A DNA stretch of 62,355 nt from Alphaproteobacteria bacterium (GTDB lineage Bacteria; Pseudomonadota; Alphaproteobacteria; RF32; CAG-239), in assembly GCA_017479985.1 (NCBI GenBank), contig JAFVBL010000010.1:1-62355 (forward strand), written 5' to 3'. This document shows, piece by piece, positions 30,012 to 41,600 of this stretch (its first letter is position 1; every line of letters begins with the position of its first letter). The translations under genes and the position numbers were made by a program. The notes beneath the pieces were generated by a model, which did no database searches, was not told where the DNA came from, and was given only the letters and a program-made list of their open reading frames with translations.

Positions 30012-30362
30012 ATGGCTAAAACAAGAAGAACAAATCCGTATATTGAAAAATGTCAGAAAATAGGGCGTCGCTCTATTTATGATATTATTAAAGATGATTG
30101 TATGGGCATTGATATAAAAGTGTCTTATATCAGACACAATTATACTTATTATGACGGATGCGAAGAGATATTTTTCAGTTCCGGTCACGCAAATTCAAAT
30201 CGTCACCTGCTGAACGAAATCATTTATCAAGTAGTTACCGGTCGAATTTTGCCGACAGTTCTGAAAATTATCAATCAGGCCGTGCGGCATTGGGTTATGC
30301 AAGGGAAAAAAGATGTTTTTAACCTTGAATCCGTTTTAACCGAATATGATTACGCCATTTGA
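30012..30362 (+). CDS. Hypothetical protein
   Basis: 116-aa ORF with a strong AAGGAG RBS. Confidence 0.6.
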   Translation: MAKTRRTNPYIEKCQKIGRRSIYDIIKDDCMGIDIKVSYIRHNYTYYDGCEEIFFSSGHANSNRHLLNEIIYQVVTGRILPTVLKIINQAVRHWVMQGKKDVFNLESVLTEYDYAI

Positions 30363-30459
30363 TAAAAAAGGAGTAAAACAATAAATACCGACGATTATCG
30401 CAAAAGATACGTATGGAGTAAAGCACATCTGATTTAATATTAAAATATATGCGTGCAAA

Positions 30460-31020
30460 CTACGAACCTGATTTTACAATCTCTATCCGATATCTTCTAT
30501 ATTTTTGACCGTTGCTCTCCCACGGAAGCGTAATTATATTCTCCAAAATGCCGCCGTTTTTTTCGATGGCTTTCCAAGAGCCTATATTATTATCTTTGGC
30601 AGCAATCAATAACTTCTTCATACCCAGTTCTTGGGCCTTTAAAATAAGTAATGCCAAACCTTTCGTGGCATATCCCATTTGCCTGAATCTAGGCGTAATA
30701 CCGTATCCGACATTTCCGCCGACATACATCAAAAATTCATTTAATTCCGTTCGCAGAAAGAAAGCTCCGATAAACTGTTTATTATCAACCAGCCAATACG
30801 GAATTTGCGGTACATTCGGATAATACTTACCATTATCCCGCAGCTTCGGTGTCGGATTATAAGGTTTTAAAATTTTTGTTGCCAGATATGTATCAAAATC
30901 TTTTTCAATCTCCGCTATTTCTTCCTGACTTATCGGAGATTTTGAACCAGAATAAAATCCTTCTTTCAGTGCTGCAACATAGCTGCTTTTATATTTTTTA
31001 TCCGGTGTTACCAATTCCAT
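30460..31020 (-). CDS. GNAT-family acetyltransferase
   Basis: YWLVDNKQFIG, GGNVGYGITPRFRQMGYAT and N..SWKAIEKNGG motifs; start at ATG 31020. Confidence 0.9.
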   Translation of the reverse strand: MELVTPDKKYKSSYVAALKEGFYSGSKSPISQEEIAEIEKDFDTYLATKILKPYNPTPKLRDNGKYYPNVPQIPYWLVDNKQFIGAFFLRTELNEFLMYVGGNVGYGITPRFRQMGYATKGLALLILKAQELGMKKLLIAAKDNNIGSWKAIEKNGGILENIITLPWESNGQKYRRYRIEIVKSGS

Positions 31021-31143
31021 AACATCCCCCTTTCGCACACATTGCTCACCCAAATATACAATAACTCGAAAACAATGTAAACAATAAAAAAGCTCGGGGA
31101 CTAACCAAAGGTTAATTCTCGAGCTTCTTTTGTTTCTTGTGTC

Positions 31144-31455
31144 TCAAATAAGAAGAAACGATAGCCCTCCACACAATAAGCCTACGGCCATTGTAGCTAC
31201 CGTTCTGATGAGAGCAGATTTTTTCGATCTGCCGTTGCTCTCTTCTAAGGCGTACACAAAATCCGCCATCATTAAGAAAAGCAATATTGCTAAAATTCCC
31301 ATCAGCCACGCTTCTCTTTTATTTTCAACGAGACTGTCTGTTGAAACAAGCTCTGTGAGAATCGTCGGAACCACTAAAATAATTCCAATCACGTAAACTT
31401 TTTTAAGAATACTCCAATTCTTGAAAAGGTCATTAAATATATTCTTCATATCCAT
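31144..31455 (-). CDS. Small membrane protein (3 TM)
   Basis: 103-aa ORF with three hydrophobic helices. Confidence 0.6.
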   Translation of the reverse strand: MDMKNIFNDLFKNWSILKKVYVIGIILVVPTILTELVSTDSLVENKREAWLMGILAILLFLMMADFVYALEESNGRSKKSALIRTVATMAVGLLCGGLSFLLI

Positions 31456-31720
31456 AACCTAAAATCTGCGGGAAAAGAATATATATTCAAGCCTTCATCC
31501 CTTTTTGAAGACACAAAGAAAATTAATAATTTCTCTGATATAATTCCATCCATAATTTGTATTTTTTAAAACTATTTTAGTATAACACAAAATAAAATTG
31601 TTTACAATAAAAATATCCAAACCTGTAATTGCTTGTAAGCTGATATCCTCGTTCAAATCTCGAATTGATTGTATTGGTATCCATAGCTTGCAGTTTACGA
31701 GCTAAAAATCGGCCAAATTC

Positions 31721-32527
31721 TTACAATTTAAATCTGATGTATGTCCTATCATCAAAACTGACGTTACCTTTTTTCAGACCTTTAGTGGAAAAATATCTCT
31801 TATAGCAAAGAGGATCGGTTGCTATTATGTTAGCAAGTTCTTCTTCTGACTCTTTCAATGTCGGTTTAAGTTCAGGATATCCATCACTAGCTAATACAAT
31901 TTCCGAATTTTCAGGAACTTCAATATTAACAATTTTGGAATGTAATATTTCATCAGGCATTTCCACATTATTAAAAACAGGATAACCAAAATATCCGGGT
32001 TTATTCTCGAATTTACGTTGCAATTTCAAAAATGGCATTATCATTTCTCTGCCTATATCATTTTTAAGTATTTCGCTTTCAGGATTACCATCCCTAATGA
32101 AATCTTCTAAAACCATAGCTCTAGTGCGAGAATTTATATCATCAATGATTTTGTTATTGGTGTATTTTTTTCCATTAACATAAGCCTGACAATCTCCAAT
32201 CATCCATATACATCTTTTTCTCACGTTAAAAATGACAGCAGAAGCACATGCATGAAAAAATTGAGTTGCTGAAAATAGATTTTCTATTTCATTTTGTATT
32301 ATTCTGACACCCTCAGCAAATGTTTCGCTTCCATCTAATTTTTTAAGAGCACTCATTATTATATCGCGAACAACTTGTCCTCCGGTGCGCCCTTCGTGCA
32401 AGTTAGAATCTTTGCTCGTAGCACCATCAATAACTGCTATATAATTCTCAGAAATAAAAATTCCGTCTTCATTATTTGCCTCAATTCCGGTTTTAGAAAT
32501 TGATTTTTGCTCAATTATTTCAACCAT
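31721..32527 (-). CDS. PP2C/PPM-like phosphatase-fold protein
   Basis: NNEDG, AVIDGATSK, MIGDC, LASDGY and FDDRTY metal-binding pattern; markedly AT-rich. Confidence 0.7.
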   Translation of the reverse strand: MVEIIEQKSISKTGIEANNEDGIFISENYIAVIDGATSKDSNLHEGRTGGQVVRDIIMSALKKLDGSETFAEGVRIIQNEIENLFSATQFFHACASAVIFNVRKRCIWMIGDCQAYVNGKKYTNNKIIDDINSRTRAMVLEDFIRDGNPESEILKNDIGREMIMPFLKLQRKFENKPGYFGYPVFNNVEMPDEILHSKIVNIEVPENSEIVLASDGYPELKPTLKESEEELANIIATDPLCYKRYFSTKGLKKGNVSFDDRTYIRFKL

Positions 32528-33111
32528 ATCTTTTCTCCATCATATTTTAGTAAGAACAAGAAATATTATGTATTAATTCCATAGAATGTCAAATAAATCA
32601 TACAAAGTTCGTAAAATTTCCTAAAATGCAGTTTTTAAAAACATAACATTCGAACTCAGTTAAGTGCTTTATTTAAAAAAGAAACAACACTTAAAACTAA
32701 GCACCGCCTGTATTAGTGAAAGAAACTATCCGACAATGTAGTTTTCTATACTTTTCAGAATATATTAAATCAGTGTATATGAAGATATTTATTTGGACTA
32801 CGGGCAATACCAAGTGCAGTATAACATTGCCGCATTTGCTCTGCAAAAGTGTTATGCGCGGAGTTGAACGCAGAGAATATTGAGCATATTTTCAAGTTTA
32901 ATGACAAAGCAGAACACTTTTGCAGGCAAACCCGAAGGGCAAACTTCAAAATTTCATATAAACACCAATTTTCCTCGCACTGTATGCCCAATACAGCCGC
33001 TCAAAAAATCAGTATTTCTCTGAAATTTTGAAGAATTGTGCGGCAAACGTCATATTGCACTTGATATTGCCCAATTTCCAAGCGTTGCTGACCGTAACGA
33101 AAGGAAATGCC

Positions 33112-33378
33112 ATGAAAATAAAGAAATACCAAGATATAACACCAAGCAACAGAACAAATTTTGCAATGGTCTACCATCATGCAGGACGAACATTAACCCA
33201 GATTGAAACACTACTTAAAAACGCTTATGGTAAACCTTTACCGACAAGCCCTCAGAACCGACTTAATCGAATGAAATTTAAACTTGAACAGATGGCTGCT
33301 CGCCATAAACAGCGTGAAGATGAATTAAAATCAGCTTATAAAACAATCAAAAGATATAAATCCGCTCAAGATATTTAA
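33112..33378 (+). CDS. Small basic hypothetical protein
   Basis: AAGGA RBS then ATG 33112; 88 aa. Confidence 0.5.
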   Translation: MKIKKYQDITPSNRTNFAMVYHHAGRTLTQIETLLKNAYGKPLPTSPQNRLNRMKFKLEQMAARHKQREDELKSAYKTIKRYKSAQDI

Positions 33379-34034
33379 TTTTGACTCTTGACTAACATAT
33401 CTTCAAAACTGTTGAAATGAAAGAAAATGTGGTGTTTGGCGTTTTTGATAACCTGCAACTTATCTTTATAAAAATCCTTTTGCGCCTCAGTGTTAAATAT
33501 CAGGTCATTTTCTGCCACAATCGCTTTATCAAACATCGGATTGATGTTGTCTTTCTTTTCTTTATACATTTTTTGAAGGGCAAGCAATTCATTTTCGCAG
33601 CTTTCTATTGTGCGTAAAGATTCCAGTTTGTTATACCTTTCATATTCCTCATCGCTATATACCATATATTTTCTGCGAAATTGGAGATAATTATCCAAGG
33701 TAATATTCTTAAAAACTTGAATTGTGTCTTTTGATATACCAAGCGTTTCATCAAACAGATACGGATTGCCGCAGAGAGCAACCTTTTGACGAACCTTCGG
33801 CAGTTTATCTGCGAATATTGAGGCAACAAAAACACCGGCAGAATAAGCAATCACATATATGTTATCATACTTAGGAAAATCAAAATCTAAATTCAAGTCT
33901 TGATAATTATACAATATCAAAACATCTTTATTGTCATGAAGATTGATAAATTGGTTTTCATCACATCCCCAACCGGCAAAAAAGACGATTAAATCACTTG
34001 ATTTATTATCTTGAAAGAAATACTGCATTTTCAA
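33375..34034 (-). CDS. bioG: Pimeloyl-ACP methyl esterase BioG-like (DUF452) alpha/beta hydrolase
   Basis: LIVFFAGWGCD, YNYQDL, IAYSAGV nucleophile elbow and a C-terminal HHIF. Confidence 0.8.
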   Translation of the reverse strand: MKMQYFFQDNKSSDLIVFFAGWGCDENQFINLHDNKDVLILYNYQDLNLDFDFPKYDNIYVIAYSAGVFVASIFADKLPKVRQKVALCGNPYLFDETLGISKDTIQVFKNITLDNYLQFRRKYMVYSDEEYERYNKLESLRTIESCENELLALQKMYKEKKDNINPMFDKAIVAENDLIFNTEAQKDFYKDKLQVIKNAKHHIFFHFNSFEDMLVKSQN

Positions 34035-34057
34035 ACTCTAAAAAATTATTTGTACGT

Positions 34058-35236
34058 TTATTTCATCTTAATTGCCGATTTCGGGCAAATGTGCGAGCAT
34101 AAAGAACAGCCGACACAGGCCTCTTTATTAACAGCAATGTGTCCGTTAATGAGTGATAACGCACTGTGCTCCGATTCATCGCAAATTGTCACGCACTTGC
34201 CGCATTTAACGCATACATCATCGTTAATATGCGGATAAACCTGAGTTGATTTCGGTAATTTTTCGTGCGCCGATAAATTAACAATGGCTTTATTTTTCAA
34301 ATCTGCCGGACTGTTGAAGCCTTTGCTTTCCAAATAATTCAGCAAACCTTGTTTCATTGCGGCAATGATTCCGTAACCGTTGGCCATAACTTCAGTGCAG
34401 ACCTGAACCGCGTCGGCACCGACCGTCATATATTCTGCCGCATCGTGCCAGTTAGAAATGCCGCCGATACCTAAAATCGGTAAACTGCAGTTCTGGCGGA
34501 TTTGTGCCACGCAACGCAATCCGATGGGCTTTACCGAAATACCGGAATAACCGCCAAATGTTGTTTTTCCGTTCACATTCGGCATCGGCTCAAATGTGTC
34601 CAAATCAATGCCCATCAACGACTGTACGGTATTGATAGCCGAAATACCATTACAACCCGCTTTTTCCACCGCTTTAGCAATGTCAGCAATATTTGTTACA
34701 TTCGGCGAAAGTTTTACAAACACCGGCTTTTTTGCAACTTCCATTACCCAACCGGTAATCATTGCCGATATTTCCGCGCTTGTACCGATTGCCATGCCGA
34801 TGCCTTTTTCCGGCATACCATGCGGACACGAGAAATTTAATTCAAAGGCATCGACTTCGGAATTATTGAACGTGCATACCAATTTTTGCCATTCTTCTTT
34901 AATCACAGGAGCCGTAATACTGGCAATCTGCACTTTTGTCGGGTGTTTTTGTTTCAAAAATTTAATGCCGTCTAACCACTGCTGCACAGTTAAATGACTT
35001 AAGAGTTCAATATTTTCAAAGCCGCAAATTTTATTGCCGATTTTCCACGTGGCATAACGCTGAGAAGCTTCAATCATCTCTAAATCGTCAGGTGTAATGG
35101 TTTTAAGCACCGCTCCGCCCCAACCGAGCGTAAAAGCCTTGTCTATGCTCTCAATTTTTGCTGTCGGCGGTGCGGAAGCCAATATAAACGGGTTTTCAAA
35201 ATCTATTCCGAGAACTTTTGTTTTTAATGTTGCCAT
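34058..35236 (-). CDS. preA: Dihydropyrimidine dehydrogenase subunit PreA
   Basis: NPFILASAPPT, GWGGAVLKT, NIEL, ELNFSCPHGM, GGYSG..VKPI and two C-terminal 4Fe-4S motifs. Confidence 0.92.
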   Translation of the reverse strand: MATLKTKVLGIDFENPFILASAPPTAKIESIDKAFTLGWGGAVLKTITPDDLEMIEASQRYATWKIGNKICGFENIELLSHLTVQQWLDGIKFLKQKHPTKVQIASITAPVIKEEWQKLVCTFNNSEVDAFELNFSCPHGMPEKGIGMAIGTSAEISAMITGWVMEVAKKPVFVKLSPNVTNIADIAKAVEKAGCNGISAINTVQSLMGIDLDTFEPMPNVNGKTTFGGYSGISVKPIGLRCVAQIRQNCSLPILGIGGISNWHDAAEYMTVGADAVQVCTEVMANGYGIIAAMKQGLLNYLESKGFNSPADLKNKAIVNLSAHEKLPKSTQVYPHINDDVCVKCGKCVTICDESEHSALSLINGHIAVNKEACVGCSLCSHICPKSAIKMK

Positions 35237-35252
35237 AATCTACTCCGCATAA

Positions 35253-35675
35253 TTAATTCACAATTTTAGCGATTTCTTCAGTAATATCTTCGCCACCAAA
35301 TACAACAATATTTTTGGCGATAACCATAGAAAATCCTTTTTTCTTCGCCTCAGATGCCACCGTTTGAGTGATATTGTCGCTTACTATCTTTAGTTCTTGT
35401 TGGTACTGTAAAGCAATATCTCTTTTCTTCAAAACAAATTCAGCATTGTATTTCTGTAATAATGCTTGTTGTCTTTCTTTATCTTGTTCCGTATTTACCT
35501 CATTTTGTGCATTTTGTAACCACAAATTCAGTTCTTCAATTTTAGAGGCTTGGGTTTCTCTTAAAGCTTTTACTTGCGCGGAAGAATTCACAATTGCCTG
35601 CACATCAACCACCGCAATACCATTTGTATTAGATTGTTGACTTGTTTTAGCCTTTGCATTAGTCTGATTTTTCAT
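35253..35675 (-). CDS. OmpH/Skp-family protein without an evident signal peptide
   Basis: IAVVDVQAIV, long helical hairpin, KKGFSMVIAKNIVVFGGEDITEEI. Confidence 0.8.
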   Translation of the reverse strand: MKNQTNAKAKTSQQSNTNGIAVVDVQAIVNSSAQVKALRETQASKIEELNLWLQNAQNEVNTEQDKERQQALLQKYNAEFVLKKRDIALQYQQELKIVSDNITQTVASEAKKKGFSMVIAKNIVVFGGEDITEEIAKIVN

Positions 35676-35688
35676 CTTTATACCTTTC

Positions 35689-38600
35689 TTAAAATTGTTT
35701 AGCAGCCACTTTCATATATCTGAACATTAGCTTATTATATACGCTTGCAGGCATATCCAAGAATTTGACCGTGGCGTAATGTTTATCAATACCGATTACC
35801 TTGCAATGAATATCTGCCTTAACATCATCAAACATCACATTCAATACCTGTTCATCACCGAGCTGCCAATTATCTTTATTAACAATAACGGCACTATTAC
35901 GTGTTAATTCCATAATTTTAACATTGGAAACAATACTGCTGTCTTTCCAAACATCGTATTTAGCAATAGATGCTTCCGGCATAATATAAACATTTTCATA
36001 ACCGTAGTAATCCTTAGCTTTTTGCCGCAGTTCTGTTTCTTTCAGGCCCAAGCGCACGAAACTGTTTTCATCGCTGAATGTATTGACTAATTTATCCCAG
36101 TCATAATGAACCACCGGCGCCCTTGTATGGAATTTGATCTTTTCATTCATATTCAAACCGAAACTACCGGTCTTTTGCGTATAAAGCTGAACATTAGCTG
36201 GCACCAAACGGCGATAATCATTATCAACCACCGCTAAATATCTGTTGCTGTCGATATTGCGGTTGCCGTTTCTGATTTCCGCATAATTTGTGATATACGC
36301 GTCATGAACGGTTAAATTTGTGTCGCGCGTGTTGATGTAAGCATTATCCGCAAACAGCGTGTCAAACTCAACGCCGCGTTCCGTATCAACATAATCATTC
36401 ACGGAAATAACCGCATTTTTAGCTCTGAAATCATAATCATAGATATAACCTTCAGAATTTTTGAAACGTGACGGAATATTCTCGACCACACGCTGTTCCT
36501 CGTAATCATTGCGTTGTGGGTTATCCACCAATTCGTTAACAACATCCGAATCAACACCCAAAATATCAAGTGTTATTGCATCTCCTTCGCCGTAGGTGTT
36601 AATACCCTTAGCTTCGTAAACTGTGCCATTGCCGCCGAATTGTTCGTCAGAATAAGTTGTTCCGGTTTGCTTGTAACCGTCCGGATTTTCTTTGGCGGAA
36701 ACATTAGAATCCGGTGCTTTGGCTGAGTTGGCATAGATATTGTCTGCCATCAAAGTCACATCGGCCAAACGGCTGCCGTCCGGATAATATTGAGTGTTTT
36801 CGCCATGATTACCGCGAACCGTCAATGTATAAATCTTCAAGTTTGAATCGCTGCGTTCCGGATTATCTACCGCATCAAGCACACGAACAATCACGTAATT
36901 CGGTACCACCGCTTTTTCCGGTGTCACCGGATCAGCCGTATATTCCAAATCATCGTGCGGATACAGTATATCAGTAAATGGTGCTGATGAACCTTCAGCC
37001 GATACCGGCATTCCCAAATCCATAATAGTCAGATTTTGAGCTTTTTGCGTTATACGCAAGCCTTTACCTGCTGTTATTTCTTTGATTGCCGCATCAGATA
37101 CCAAATCCAAATCAATTGTGCCGCGTTTGGAAATAATCTGATAAATTTGGGTTTCATTCGCTGAATTAGCCTTACCGCTGACATATAAATCATTTTCTGC
37201 TTCAAAGCTGATTGAAGATTGCGGATTTGAGGCTGTATCTTGCAGATAAGTCAATTTTCTATCTTCTGAACCAATCGCGTTGCTTGCAATAATGGAAATA
37301 TTCTGACCATTAACATTAACATCGTCAGTATCAGTAGCATTCAAAACTGAATAACCGGTAAAGTAAGCCTCGTCATCAGGTGTCGGACGAGTATCAGCCT
37401 GTTTCCAATCTGCCGCCGTCAAGATGATATTGCCATCTGCTGTGATATTCTGAACATTCAAGTCAGAATCTTTGGCACGTAAATTAAGCAGACGACTATC
37501 CGTCTTATTGTTGTTTGTTGCCTGCGCGCTGACAACACCGCTGACATTAACATTAACCGAATCCGTCCAATCGCGGGTAGAGGCATCAATCGTAAAGCCA
37601 GGACGCGCGTTGTCAGTATATCCGATATTGCCGTCGATGGTATTCATCGTCAAATTACCATTTGCGGCCAACAATGTTTTATATGATTGTTCTTCCGAGC
37701 CAAAGTTTGCATTTTGGTGCTTGCTGCCGGAAGTATCTGTAATACCATTCAAAACATTGCCGTTTTGCTGATTGATAATAATGTTACCGCCCGAAGTCTC
37801 AACATAATTATCATTATCGCTTGCATATTCGCCGATAGTTAAATCAGAATCACGATTATTGATAACAATGTCTTTCTTTTCAGCCAAAACTTTGCCCTCA
37901 ATCGTCAGTCCGTCAGCGCCGCTGTTGTTCAGCTCAATATTGCCGTCCGTGTTGTCAATACGTCCTGTCGTAGTAATAAGTGCGCCGTCTTTGGAAGTAT
38001 TGCTTACCGTTGTCCTACCTTTTGCGTTGGTAACATTTCCGGCAATTTTGAATGCACCGTCATTATTGTTATCAAGCGTGATTGCACCGTTTTCCGCGGT
38101 AATAACACCGGTTTCGGCAACTTCAAATTCGCCGGAGCCGTTATTTTCTACCGTAATATTACCATTATCGGCATTTTCAACCAAGCCGCTGATTAAGAGA
38201 GCAGATGACGTATTTGTATTATTAATGCTTATGTCGCCAGATCCCGTGCTGCGGATAGCTGAGCTCTCTGTTACCAATATATTACCGTGTTCATTAGTGA
38301 TGGCAGTGTTTCCACCTGCATTCTCTATCGTTCCGGCAATCTGTGCTCCTTTAGCACCGGTGTTGGTAATGGAAGTATTACCGCTTACCCAATTTTTTAT
38401 TTGTCCGAGCAGGCTCAATTTGCCATCGCCGGAGTTGGCAATCTCAATATCGCCTGCCGCGTTGTTATCAATAGCAGCATCGGCAGTTAAGGTCAAATCG
38501 CCGTTGATGTTTTCGATTGTTACATATCCGCCGCTGTTGTCAATATCGCCGCTGATTACGGCAGATGTACCGGAAGCAGCAATCGTTATATCACCGCCGA

Positions 38601-41600
38601 TATTATTAACCGAGCCGATTACCTGTAAGGAACCACCGCTGTTGGTAATGGTTGTTGAACCATTATGATTGCTTATTTGTGCCGTGGCACTAAATTCTGC
38701 TCCGCCGTTACCGGAGTTGGCGATTGATATATTCCCCTTATCATCGGTAATATTGTCGGTTATGGTCAATTTCCCGCCTGCGTTGCTAACGGTAATATTG
38801 CCTTCTTTGGTCAATATTTGACCTGCAAGGGTTATTCCTTTATCGGTCGCCGTGTTGGATACGGATATTGAACCTTTATTGTCCGTAATCTTGCTGTCTG
38901 CCGTCAAAGTCAATGTACCTGCCGTATCGGAAACGGTAATATCGCCTTCTTTAGCCGATATTTCGCTTCGTATCTCAGCACCGTCAACACTTGAATTTTT
39001 AATTTCAATATTGCCTTTTTCATCTGCTATATTGGCATTTATATTCAATGCTCCGGCGTTAGAATTGCTGACCGTGACATCACCGGCTTTAGCCAGAATA
39101 GTCCCGCTAATGTTTGCGGATGAACCGCTGTTTGCGATGTTTATATTACCTTTGGTATTTTCAATGCTTGAACTTGCAGATAATGCGCCTTTAGTATTTG
39201 TAACTGCAATGTTTCCGGATTCATCGGTAATTACCGAGCTTATTATAAGACCGGCTCCCGCATTATTTATTGCGATATTACCTTTTTTATTCTCGATTTT
39301 TCCGCCGATTTGAGCAACACCGCCGTTTGCATTTTGATTGACAATGGTTGTATTGCCTTCCGTATTCGTGATTGTACCGGTATAAATTAACAAACCGCTT
39401 GAAGAATTTGACGCAATATCAACATTGCCTTTAGTTTGTTCAAAAGTACTGCTAATGGTCATATTTCCGCCATTTTCATTGTTGGTAATATTTATATCAC
39501 CGTTGGTGGTTGAAATTTTTCCGCCGATTTCTGCCGTACCGTGATTGTTAGTGATAAAGATACTTCCGTTTTCCGTATTTGATATATCAGCAATGGAAGT
39601 TAATTTATTACTGCTGTCTTCAACATAGATATTGCCTATTCTTGCAGAAATTTTATGTGCCAATAATAATTCGCTTGAAGCCTCATTATTATTTGTTATC
39701 TTAATAGCTTTGACGATATTATTATCAGATGTATCGACTTTTCCCGAACCATAAGTTTTAATATCGGATTGAATATCTAATTTGCCGGTACCGCTGTTTA
39801 GAATAGATATCATCCCTTCGGCATCGTGGTTTAACAAATTGTGGTCGATAGCAGCCGATATTGTCATATCGCCATTATTGTTTGTTATTGTAATATCACC
39901 TGTTTCATCTGATATTGTACCGCCTAAGTTCGCAGTTTTGCCGTTATTTGTTATCTCAATACTACCTTTATGAGCTTTCACATTTCCGGCTAAAGTCATT
40001 GTGCTGTTAATACTTTGAGTAGCATTATCGGTAATTGAGATATTTCCTTTTTTATTGTCTAAAACAGATGTTTCAGTAAGGTTCAAGCCTTCTGATGCAA
40101 TTGTAATATTGCCGTTTATTTTAGATGTTATTGCACTTGAAATTTCTGTTTGACCTTTACTATTTATTGCAATATAATCCGCAGCATTATTTGTGGAATT
40201 TGTAATATTACCTGTTATATCTAATTTTCCTGTTCCGTTATTTTCTATGCTGATATTTCTGCCATAGTTATCAATATAGCCTGCAATATTAGCATTTCCA
40301 TTATTAACAATGATTCTTGTTACACCGCCGTCATATATTGAATTTATAACATCATTTTCAGAATTTGTTTGTTTATTTATATCAAGTCCGTTCTTTGCTG
40401 TTATTTGTAATTGTCCGAATGTTTCGGAATTAGCCGAACCTGATATAATGTTATTTTTAATAACACCGTCTAATACAAGTTTACCTGTTGATGTTACATA
40501 AGTTTCTGCATTGTTTTGAGTTTCGGCAGAAGCTGTTTTTGTGCCGTTTGTATAAACTCCGCCAACGCTTTTTTGGTTTGTAATATTAGAAACGATTAAC
40601 GGTTTATTTGTTTTATTTTCTATTTCGATTTTTTGGTAACCGTCATAAGTCTTAATTGTTCCTGTTACAGAATTATTATTGGAAGTAATGCTTACTTTCC
40701 CTCTATCTGCTTGGTTTACACCGTTTACTTCATCATTTATATTAAATAAATATATTTGACCGTCTTTATAAAGAGCTTTTACATTGTTATCAGTATTAGT
40801 ATAAGGTGTATTTCCGAGATTTATAAGGATATTTTCGCCTGTTACAGGATCAAAACTGAGGTTACTTAGCATATCATCAGTAATAGTCAGTTTTAAGTCT
40901 GCATTATAACCGGCAGTAACATTACCTTTTATGTCCGTAGTATTTGCTTTAATATTAACCGAATTACCTGCAAAGATACTGTCATTCGCTTTCAAACCAA
41001 TAGTATTATTTGAAGTTAAATTAACATCACCTTTTGTAGAAACAAGATTAATTGCTCCTGAAATATTATTTGTATTTATCGCATTAGCAATTATAGAACC
41101 TGAATCATTAAATACATCGAAAATGCTGCCGGTTTTAACAGCACCGTTAAATGTGATATCTGATGCCAAAGCAGGGTTAAGTATATCTTGAGTTTTCGCA
41201 AACGGATTAAAGATGTCATAGAAGTTATTAACCGTAATACCTGAAATTCCGTTTGAGGAAGCTGAACTTGAAATATAGTGAGCACCTTCTTTTCCTACGG
41301 TGTCAAATTTTCCCAGACCCGCAAATTTATAAATATATGCACCGGCACCGTTTACAGCTTGATTTGTTCCGTCACCTGCAAATTCAGAGAAGTTTTTGCC
41401 GCCGATAATCAAGCCGCTTTGCGAACTACCCGCCATATCAATATCATTAAATATCAACGAGCGTGTAGAATAGTTATCTATCTTAACACCTTGAGATGCT
41501 ACATCCAATGTTCCAGAACCTTTGAATTGACTGGTGTCGTTGTATATACCCTCAATAAGAATATGAGCATCTTTTGCTTGCATATCATTAAACACGACTG

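Noticed and set aside
32770-32991. Cys-rich 73-aa ORF
   Set aside because: No RBS or recognisable motif; overlapping short ORFs on both strands suggest decayed sequence.
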